A DNA stretch of 64,000 nt, from positions 41,976,001 through 42,040,000 of the forward strand of contig NC_087437.1 of NCBI RefSeq assembly GCF_036321535.1. Reading direction: 5' to 3'. Source of the DNA: Camelus dromedarius. Its lineage: Eukaryota. A program made the translations under genes and the position numbers. This document shows, in pieces, positions 13,120 through 22,902 of this stretch; position 1 is the stretch's first letter; each line of letters starts with the position of its first letter. The notes under the pieces are model-generated. The model did not search any database. It saw only the letters and a program-made list of their open reading frames with translations, and was not told where the DNA came from.

Positions 13120-13851
13120 TTTTTATTCTGAAATAATTATATATTCACAGGAAGTTGGAAAAAAACTTATTGAGAGATCCCCTCTATCTTTGACCCAGTT
13201 TTGCCTAATGTAATAACATCTTGTATAAACATAATGTAATATCAAACCCAGGAATTAACGTTGGTACAGCCCACAGAGTTTATTCAGATTTTACCAACTG
13301 TCCATGTACATGTATTTGTGTGTGTGGGTAGGCTTGTGTAGTCACTACTACAATCAAGAACTATTCTTTTGCCAAAAGGCTCTCCTCTGTTCTCCTGGCA
13401 TCCCTTACTGTTAGCAACCACTAAACTCTTCTTTATCTCTATGATTTTGTGACTTAAAGAATATCGTATGATTGGAATCTTACAGTATGTAATTTTTTGA
13501 GATTGGCTTTTTTCCCTCTGAGCGTACTTGGAGGTCTATCCAAGTTGTATGTACCAGTAGTTCCTTTTTAGTGCTGAGTAGTATTCCATAATATGGACAG
13601 ATCACAGTTTAGCAGTTCACCTGCTGAAGGACATTTGGTTCTAGTTTTTGGCGGTTAAAAATAAAAATGCCCGACTACAGTGCCGTGTTGTATTATAATT
13701 GCATATGTAGTTTTGTAAAGAAACTGCCAAGCTTTTCCAGCTTGTGTGTGTCTATTTCTGGATCCCCTGTTTCTGTTCACTGATCTATATATTTATCCCT
13801 TCTCTAATACCACAGTCTTAATTACTGTAGCTATATAAAGTAAGCCTTAGA
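13120..13851 (-). mobile_element. Old L1 3' end (L1MC/L1MD-like) with internal deletions
   Basis: ttttattctgaaataattatatattcacaggaagttg...acccagttt...gagattggcttttt...ctgagtagtattccat...gaaggacatttgg...ttaattactgtagct. Confidence 0.85.
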
Positions 13852-14332
13852 ATTTTTTAAAATGAATTTTATCATCAGTATTGAAGATAAATAAAAGACT
13901 CAATAGAAATATGTCAGTTCTCCTTAAATGAGTACTTATCTGTTTTCATTTAGAAGTGCTGGGTTAGCTTTGACTTATCTTGAGAAAATCAGTAGAAAAA
14001 CCACAAAGGAAGTACACACACACAAAAATGAAGACAAATGAAATAATAATTGATTTGTAAGTCTGAAGTTCTGTACAGCTGTCACTGAGGCCCCCAAGGA
14101 CTAGAATGATCATAAAGTCTAGATCTTTGGGTCTCTTTGGGTTGAAATAACAGCTGTTGATAATCAGAAAAGGAACCACATGAGCAGAAAGTTTCTTTTT
14201 TTTTTTTTTCAAGTTAGTGTCTAGATCCATTTTTTAAAATTTCACCACTCATTTGTGTATTGTAAGATATCTTACCCTTACAGAAGCCTTCTGTATGTTT
14301 TGCCATCTTTAGAGAGCACAGACATTGCAACA

Positions 14333-14402
14333 TGTTAGATTTGATGAGGAGATAGAGGTCAATTAATTTAACCTTCTCATTTTACAGGTAGGAAACAGGG
14401 TT
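14333..14402 (-). mobile_element. MIR fragment
   Basis: tagaggtcaattaatttaaccttctcattttacaggtaggaaacagg. Confidence 0.6.
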
Positions 14403-16479
14403 CTTTTGTAAATGGGCCGATCCATTTGCAGAATGGCAAACAGCCTGTCCAAGTGAGAGAGTATCTTGATCCAGGGCAGCCAGTCACTTCCAGTTCATCA
14501 GCTTTTACATGGGGAAGCAGATCATTTGGGCCCAGCTGAACTGAACTGATAACTCACTAAAAGTTGTGGAAAGCTCATCAGCCCCTGATATATCCCAGCA
14601 CCATCCCATCTGTCTTGAGTCTTGACTGTTGATGTGGAAACTGTACAGGAGCCGCATCCTCATGAACTTTGAGATTTGAAATAGGCTTCTGTGACTCTAA
14701 ACCTCAGGGCCAAAGGCTTGGAGGACCACTTCACTGGTCAGCTCTGCATGGAGGTGAGTGCCTTTGGATCCATGTTCCCCCAAATAAAATTGTACATTGA
14801 GGTCCAGCCTGCACATCTGGATCTTCTCCTGGCTTCAGCATGTTTGTGTCCTGGGTCTCTTGCAGAGGGTACATATATGTGTGTGGGAGTGGGCAGCTCT
14901 CTCCTTGTGGGTGGAGTCTCAATCTTCTGCCTCCCTGTAAACTGTTCTTTTTCATCTGACATGGCCCTGAGGCCAAGGGCAGCAGTGGGTATCACGGTAC
15001 TACGCCAGTTCTTTTGAATGGGACCCTCTGTTCATAGGCCTGTGCCTGGGGGACTAAAGTTTGGCTGTGCTCTGTGGGCCTTGCCTGTTGTGGATTTAGC
15101 ATCCCACCTGCTAGGGAGGAGCTGCCCCTTGTGCCCCCCAGGGCTTGACTACATTTCTTGAAGTTTCTTCTCTATGGCTTTGTTCTTTATGCTCACCAGC
15201 CAGCTACTTAGTCTGGTCCTTGCTATGGTCCATGTTAGCATCTTCTAGAGTTTAGACCCCAACTCTAAGAAGTCATATTAAATCTTAATGAGAGAGCTGC
15301 TAAAAAGTCAAGACATTGAAAACTGCCTCCTAAACAGTATCAGTCCACTCCTTTCAGTGGTGTTGTGGAACAGAGAAAGGAGAAGGCCAACTATAAATCA
15401 GAAATGTCAGTTTGGTGGGCTGGGGAGGTACGATCCAATAGTGGAAAAAGATGAATAGAAACGTCTATATAACTATATTTTAAAGTGTACTTATTGTTTA
15501 TAAAGATTAGAAAAAACTTTAATAATGTTGGCCTTTGGTTTTATAATTAGGCTTTTACAATGGAGAAGCCACATAATAGTAAGTTATTACTAAACATTTA
15601 TATTGGCTGTAACTATTATAAATAGTATAAATTCAGAACAATGGAAGAAATCCCTATTTTCACCTTTGGATTTTTTTTTTTTACCCCAACTTACTTTTGA
15701 AAGAATTGCTGGCAATATACAGATAAGTATACTATATATTAAGATAAAATAAATTTTTAAAAAGTGAAAAAAATCATGCAAGGAAAATAAGATCACCAAA
15801 GTGAGAGGGAGCCAGGGGTGATTTTTGATTTTTCCAAAGCTCTTAAACAGTGATTATTCTTGGTACCGTATTTCTATACTTTTCCAGTTGTGTTCGTTTT
15901 TAACTGTTAGGTAGAACTCTCATTAGGATAGGATTGAATGACATTGGAAGTGTTTTAGTTTCACGTCTGCATTTAGGCAGGCTGTTGGACATTGGTGGGC
16001 TGGAATATGAACTCACTGATCGTTTTTCCAATCCTGTTATTTTCCAGTGTGGTTTGGAAAAAAAAAAATCTCTACATATGAAGTCAAGAAAGCTCAAGGA
16101 AACCTTCTGGTTAATGAATTTAGTGAGTTTCAGATTTTCCTCTCATGGAGAGCCCTGGAAAATCATTTCAGAAAAGAGGTTATGGGTCACTTATAGAAGA
16201 AACTGCTTTGCATGCATATAAGACTTAGCACGTTCTGCAGGCTGCCATGGATTCTTGCTCAGCCTCTGATGGATGACTATTGATTACTGTACCAAGAATT
16301 GGAAACAAAGCCATTTTGTGCAGCATTTAGGTTTATGACTAGTCAGATTTCTCCGAGGCTTTGGGGCTGAATGTAGAAGTTTATTTGACACATGCACGTA
16401 TTTACTGAAGCCTTACAACTTGAGGACTGTTTCTATTATTTATGGCAGGGATCACCTGTAATACAATTTTTAAAAATAT

Positions 16480-17160
16480 TAACAGTTTTATTGAGGTATA
16501 ATTCACATACCTTACAATTCACCTAGGTCAAGTGTACAATTCAGTGGTTCAGTGTATTCACAGTTGTGCAACTATCACCACAATCAATTTTGGAACATTT
16601 TCATCACTTGGAAAGATCCTGTACCCATTAGCTGTCACCCCCAATTTCCCTACACCCCGGCCCTAGGCAACTGCTAATCTATTTTCTATCTCTATAGAGT
16701 TCCTTATTATGGACATTTTATATAAATGGAATTATATAATATGTAGTCTTTTATGATTAACTTTTTTCACTTAACATAGTTTTTAAGGTTTATCCATTTT
16801 GTAGCTTGTATCAGTACACCATTTCCTTTTATTGCCAGATTAAATATTCCATTGTATGGACATACCACATTTTAATCCATTCATCAACTGATGGACATTT
16901 GAGTTGTTTCCACTTTTTAGCTATTATTAATAATGCTGTCAGGAACATCTGTGTACAAGTTTTTGTGTGGACATATGTTTTTATTTCTCTTGGGTATATA
17001 CCTAGGAGTGGAATTGCTAGGTCATGTGTTAACTCTATATTTTTTTTGAGGAACTGCCAGACTGTTTTCCAAAGTTGTTGCAACATTTTACACTCCTGCT
17101 GGCAATGTATGAGCTTTCCCAGTTTCTCCACATCCTCACCAACACTTGGTTATTACTGTT
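16480..17160 (-). mobile_element. L1 (L1MB-like) 3' end including a decayed ORF2 C-terminus
   Basis: ORF 16829-17131 (LWKTVWQFLKK...AIPLLGIYPREIKTYVHTKTCTQMF...AKKWKQLKCPS..EWIKMWYVHTMEY) is L1 ORF2; the 3' UTR begins ttttattgaggtataattcacatac. Confidence 0.95.
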
Positions 17161-17439
17161 TTTATAGGGGGGAGAGGGTTATAATGCAATTTTAGGTTTT
17201 TTTTTTTTCCTTTCTTTTCTTTGCATTGTTAACATTTGTCCCTTCAAGGGATTGGTATTTATATACCCAAGGAGGTAGGATGTGGTTAACTCTGGGATGA
17301 CTGTGAGCTGTAATGAAGCTCTGTGCTAGAACCAGCATGCTTCTTGATTTCTAACCTTGACCTCAGATCCCAGCATTGACCAAACCACATAGATGCTACA
17401 AAAAAATAATTCTTTTTAGAAGCTCACATCAGATCTTTT

Positions 17440-18250
17440 TGAGCTTAATCTTGAGCTGTATCAGATGTACAACGAGAATGCATAAAATATATGTATAGTT
17501 AAAGAACAATTATAAAGGAAATACTCGTAAACCCACCTAGATTGTAAAACAGAAATTTGTAGTTCTAGGTAACAGTTAATAATGAAGATGACTGAATATT
17601 GTGAACATGAGTAATCATTAACAAATCTCTTCTGTGCCCTTCCTTATCACATCTCCCCACCTGCCTCCTCTCAACCCCCTCCAGTTCACTAACTTTTTGA
17701 AATAATTTTTTTTTGGTTGTTTTTCCTTGTAGTTTTACTGCAAGCATATGAGCACATGTGCATACACACACACACACACACACACAAACACACACACGCA
17801 CAGAAGTGTAGATTAGTTTGCTTGTTTTTAAACTTTATAAATAAAACCATCCATACTATATGCATCATTTCCTAACGTTTGCTAAAATTAGTTTACACGT
17901 TTCACAGATATTACGTGGTGGTCATGTTTTTGTTACCAGATAGTGCTCCAGTTCCTTATTTCTACACTCCTTCCTTGGGGAGCGTTTGTGTTGTTCCTGG
18001 TTTTTGGATGCGCTGAGCAGTGCTGCTACATTCTTGTCCCTGTCTCCAGGTCTGCAGTTTCTCTGGAATATTTACCAAAGAATAGAATTGCAGCTTTGCT
18101 GGGTAATGCCAGACTCTCAAAACACTGTAATTCTTTCTTCCACAACCTTATCAGTCTTTAATATTTTCAGACTTTAAATATTTTGCCCGTCTGGTGGGTA
18201 GTTCTTGTAATGATATCTCATCATGGTTTTAATTTGCATTTCTCCTAGTG
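17440..18250 (-). mobile_element. Ancient L1 (L1ME-like) remnant
   Basis: aaactttataaataaaacc...tttctctggaatatttaccaaagaatagaattgc...aatttttgcccgtctggtggg...tcatggttttaatttgcatttctcc. Confidence 0.7.
17762..17802 (+). repeat. Interrupted (CA)n microsatellite
   Basis: acacacacacacacacacacacaaacacacacacgcac. Confidence 0.95.
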
Positions 18251-19890
18251 TTTTTATTCCTTTTAAAATTTCACCCAGCACATGTGGAGTTCTATTTTTT
18301 ATTTCCTTGAAGCAAAGTGGACATTGAGTTACCTGGAAATCCTGTCTGTGCTATTGAAAAATCACTGGTATATTCCGTCGATTATAATATAACTGAGAAC
18401 TAGATCACTTAGGTGAATGCCATCAGATTTTTTTCTAATCCAGTGATTTTTTTCTCTTGCCATGTAAATTTTTGAATAAAGTTAAAAATGTATGAACTTG
18501 TTTATTTAGGTTACCAACTTGGTACCTTTTCCCTAACATACAGGCAACTACAGTACGTCTGTGGTTTGCTAATATTGGTCTTCTAAGTCCAGTTTATATA
18601 AATTGTCACTTGTTTATGATGAATCAAGTACTTATACTTCAGAGGAATTCATAACATCTGGTTTAAAAGATTCTAGCTATTCGGAAATAATACCTTTTTG
18701 TGTGTGCGTGCTTGTGTGTTGGTGTGAGTACATGTCTTTGTGTACACGTGTATATGTGTGGAAGGAAGTGCTGAAAGATGCGGCATTTTGATTGCGTTGA
18801 CTACTGTTTCGTACCAGGGGAGGAAAGTTACTGTTCTGAAAGGGGGAATCTAGTATTTTGAAAACCTAACAGTAACCTAAAAGCAAATCTTGCTTAATTT
18901 AATAAGAAAGAATAAGACTATCACTTCAAGTATGAGGAAATGGAAACTTCTTTGAATGAAATTTTTTTATATGAAATTTTAAACTTTTTTGATATGAAAT
19001 TTAAAAAATGTATTTATAAATACTCACTATATGATTCCTATGAGAGGAAAATTCCACTTGTACTGGGAGGATTTGCTTTTTTTCTCTCTAACTTAAAAAC
19101 ATAGATACAGATACAAGTGATGTAGAGTCCTGTCGGGTGATTTCTCCGGTGCTTTAGGAGAGAAAAATTAACTGAGTTACTGCCTGATGTCTAGTTCTTG
19201 AATATCAATGACTTTAGGTTGTTGTTTGGGGGAAAATATTTTGTCTAATCATATGAAATATTTTATTACGTTTTTTAGTTAGTAGCATAATTATTTATAT
19301 GCCTTACTCTTGAGTATATTTTTTTCAAGATATCTTAGGAATATTTGAACTCTTATGTTTGTAAGGGAAGCCTACCCAAAAGTGAATTCTATGCTTCAGT
19401 GAATTTTGGTGGTGGCAGAGGTGGGGGGGTGGTGGTTTCAAGGAAGAATGAAGCAAGCAGATTCTCTCATTGATACTAAAAATTGAAATAGGACCACTGA
19501 ATCGCTTTACATTTTTTTGTTTTGTTTTTATAATTGAATATTTTAGACCAAATTAGTTTGTTTCCACCTGCGTACAGCTGCAGTCTCTTATAAACTTGCT
19601 TTAGGTTGAGTTTTCATACTGTACCATACAGAGTGGAAATGAATTTATTAGTACACTAAATTTTGACTGTAAAGTCATAAATTTTTATTTTGTTTTCTAT
19701 AACTAAAATCCCATTTTATAGACTGTCTCATAAAGATGTCCATTTTATAGAACAGTGTTTACATGTGGTGGTGGGAGATACAAAAAAACTGACAAATTGT
19801 TTACTTACATGATGGATGGATGTTCACTATCTTGAATTTTGTCATAATCTTCCTGAATCACATTACATTATGAAATCCAGGAATATTCCA

Positions 19891-19942
19891 ACACACACAC
19901 ACGTATATATATATATATATATATATATACGTGTGTGTGTGT
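19891..19942. repeat. Perfect 52-bp palindromic compound microsatellite (AC)6-G-(TA)13-C-(GT)6
   Basis: The sequence equals its own reverse complement over 19891-19942. Confidence 0.95.
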
Positions 19943-20477
19943 ATGCTAGAAAATAAATTGATTATCAGGAGACACTGTTTCATTCTATTTTTGTTCTTTG
20001 GAGGTATTTCTGTTTCCTCAGTGAATGCTCAAGCACCGTGGGAATATGAGGCAGTGGGTACCAGAAGAAGGCTTCTCAGATACCTTTTATACACAAAGGG
20101 CCTAAAGTGCACAGACTTATGTTAAGAAATATATTGACACTTTAGGAAACTATATTTAATTCATTTCAACCAGCAATTTAAGGTATGTTGCATTTTGCCA
20201 GGAGCAAGGGTTGCTGGGCACATTTCAGACCGTTGAAGTTGAAACCAAAGAGATTAGATTGTACAGAATCAAGAAACTGTAAAATATGTATATTTCAGAG
20301 TAAACGTCTATATGAAGTGTATTTTAGATTTTATGGCCCAGATTTATTAATCTAGCTCAGAACATGTGTGTGCATTGACTTTGGAAGCTACCCATTCCAT
20401 TCTGAATTATGAGGATTGTGATCTTGTAGCCAAACTCATGACTATTTTTCCAGTATTTATTGGACTGCTTTGATCAC

Positions 20478-20572
20478 TGCTATATTTCTAGTGCCTCAAT
20501 CAATACCTGCCACAGAGTAGGTTCTCTGAATTTTTGCTGAATGACTTCATGAATTGAATGAATGAATGAGTG
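20478..20572 (+). mobile_element. L2 LINE 3' end
   Basis: ctagtgcctcaatcaatacctgccacagagtaggttctctgaatttttgctgaatga...(tgaa)n tail. Confidence 0.75.
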
Positions 20573-20823
20573 ATCATTGGCCCTCTGTTGACTGAGAGCA
20601 TATAAGCTATGTTGAGTTGTTTGATCTCTCACCATTGAAATGGTTCTTAAAATTACAGTCAGAAGTAATTCACCTGAAGAATGCATGTGCTCTTGTCATG
20701 GTCTGCTTGTTCCAGACGCTCTGGAATCTAGATCCTAAGTCTCTGGTGTGTTCATTTTTCTTTTAAGAGTAATTATGACTGTCTCAGGTAATGGCTAAAG
20801 AATCAGAATCTATAAGAACTCTT

Positions 20824-20879
20824 TTTTTCTTTTTTAACATTTTTTATTGATTTATAATCATTTTACAATGTTGTGTCAA
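20824..20879 (-). mobile_element. Extremely 5'-truncated young L1 3' tail (56 bp) with 13-bp TSD
   Basis: Perfect TATAAGAACTCTT at 20811-20823 and 20880-20892 flanks T-tract + aacattttttattgatttataatcattttacaatgttgtgtcaa. Confidence 0.85.
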
Positions 20880-21099
20880 TATAAGAACTCTTGATAGTCC
20901 CAACAGTGATTTGTTTCTATACCCATTCAAATGGGTTAGAATTTTGGAGATCCATTCATCTCTGTTCCTCTTCAGCTCTTTCCCAGAGAAGGTAATAAAA
21001 AGAGATTGAAAATGGTGTCATTTACTTTTCTGTCGCTACCTCAAATGCATCTTTTGTAGAACAGAGATGAGTGTCCTTTGTGCCATTTGCATTGTCTTG

Positions 21100-21178
21100 T
21101 TAATTATCCTAATTGCTTTGTGAGGTTGGAATAGTGGTTAGCCTATTTTACAGATTGAGAAACTAAGGCTCTCAAATG
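21100..21178 (-). mobile_element. MIR fragment
   Basis: ctttgtgaggttgg...cctattttacagattgagaaactaaggctc. Confidence 0.75.
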
Positions 21179-21189
21179 CTCCATTATTT

Positions 21190-21293
21190 GCTCCCTAGAA
21201 TGTGCGCTCCATGAAGGCTGCAGTTGTGTCTGTCTTGTTCACCATTGTGTTTTCATTATGTAGTACAGTGCCTGGCACACGATGGATAAATAC
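21190..21293 (+). mobile_element. L2 3' end
   Basis: ctagaatgtgcgctccatgaaggc...tgtcttgttcaccattgtg...acagtgcctggcacac...ataaatac. Confidence 0.85.
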
Positions 21294-21965
21294 TTTGGCT
21301 TTACTTTTGGCTGGGATCACATGACTTCTTAGTGGAAGCACTGAGAGATTGCTTGTGGTTTTTACTCATTCCACAGCTTTTGAGCTCTTTTCGCTGTAGT
21401 TCTTTTAGTTTTCTAGGAGATGATTATGAGCTGCACATCTCTCAGGAAAAGGGGTCATATTCCAGTGGCGTACTTATTTTGAACTTCCCAGTGTGGACAG
21501 GATTTTGGTGTGGCATCTGTTTTAATGCTGCGGTGAGGTCTTTTCTCTACACAGAACAGGCTAATGACTGTATCGTTGGCTGCTCAGAGTGTGCTTGCTC
21601 ATGTAATGTATTACTTATTCCCATTTTTTTCAGATTTGTATATATTTTTTCAAATTGTCATATTTTCAAATTGTTATAACCAGTGAAAATAACTAAAAGT
21701 ATTAGCTGATAACTGACCATTGTCACACATATTGCTGTTTTCTTAGCATGATTCGCTTCTATGAGCCGAGTAGTTTCATACAGCAGTCCACCCCTCCTAC
21801 TCTCCTACTAATCATATAGAAGGACTCGACCAGGTTAGTTTGGCTCTCTTTTCTTTTACTCTGATTTTTGCCATTTCGAAGTTACGGGAATTTGGGAAGG
21901 CGTTGCTGTCTCTACCATTCTGTTGCACCTCTGCCCAGATACTGCAGCGGAACTGAGCAGACTGT

Positions 21966-22405
21966 CAGTGGGATGCTGGCGGTGGCTTGTACCATCTCCC
22001 AAGACCTGACTGTCAAATTTTCAGACATCTTGGGACCTGGTTGTTAAACAGTCATCATTAAACATTAAGATACACAAGGGCTTACAATTTAAATTATATT
22101 TAGTAACAAAGATAATAAATACGTAATACTCCTCCCCTCCTGATTTTTCACTACACGTTGCTGCTGTCTACACTTTTGAGGTTTTCTAGGTCTGTCGATC
22201 TAAATGGTGGAAATGCTACATAGCAGTGTGTTGCTGGGCATGTCTTTCCAAGTCTTGATCAGTGATGTCATGTTGCTGGGTTGATATTGGCCATGGCAGG
22301 AATATTTATGCCAAGAAAACTGGCACACACTACAATCCAGGACATACCTCCCCCTTTTTTTTCCTGGAGAGCCATTTGTCGTTAAATATTTATAACCACG
22401 GACTC
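21966..22405. mobile_element. MER63-type hAT-Blackjack DNA transposon
   Basis: cagtgggatgctgg...ggcttgtacc...aaattttcag...ggttgttaaaca...cttacaatttaaattatatt...ggagagcc...gttaaatattta. Confidence 0.75.
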
Positions 22406-22844
22406 AGTGGGATGCCTGGAAACGAGGAGAATGATACTGCCATCTTTTGTGTTTGTATCATTAATATTTAGTCGCAGTGAGGGAAAGAAAAGCTCATAGA
22501 TAGGGGGACAACAGTGGGGAAGAAAGTTAGGCTACAGAGGTGTGCCTTAGTCTCATGTCTGCTTCTATGCTTAGATGATGTGTATGCTAAAACTGTACTG
22601 ATTAATTTACTGGTATTGCGGATTATTTTTAGAAGATTTTCTTTTAAAAGGATTCAGCTTTAGAAAACAATTACCCAACATCTTATTCTTAGCTAAAAGT
22701 CTTTTATAATAATCATTTAGTTTTTTTGTGTGTAAATGTTATTGCATGTAAGCAATTCTAGAATAATTTCATAAATTTTTAGAGCTCAGGGAGTCCAGCT
22801 TGCTTTTGAGACAAAAATTTTTTTGAGATGTCTTCATTCATTTT

Positions 22845-22902
22845 TTAAAAAATTGAGGTAAATTTGGTATGTAACATTATGTTATGTAAGGTTCCGATAT
22901 AC
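22845..22902 (-). mobile_element. Possible short L1 3' tail remnant
   Basis: tttttaaaaaattgaggtaaatttggtatgtaacattatgtta resembles an L1 3' terminus; no TSD seen. Confidence 0.35.

Noticed and set aside
14426..14540. Unique-looking, exon-like segment
   Set aside because: Short open frame without homology; weak resemblance to an old hAT-Charlie MITE, too degenerate to call
16806..17195. 129-aa (+) and 100-aa (-) ORFs as genes
   Set aside because: Antisense and sense readings of a decayed L1 ORF2 end
18962..19005. Small tandem duplications (also 51329-51348 and 59193-59220)
   Set aside because: Ordinary slippage duplications of 10-23 bp with no sign of function
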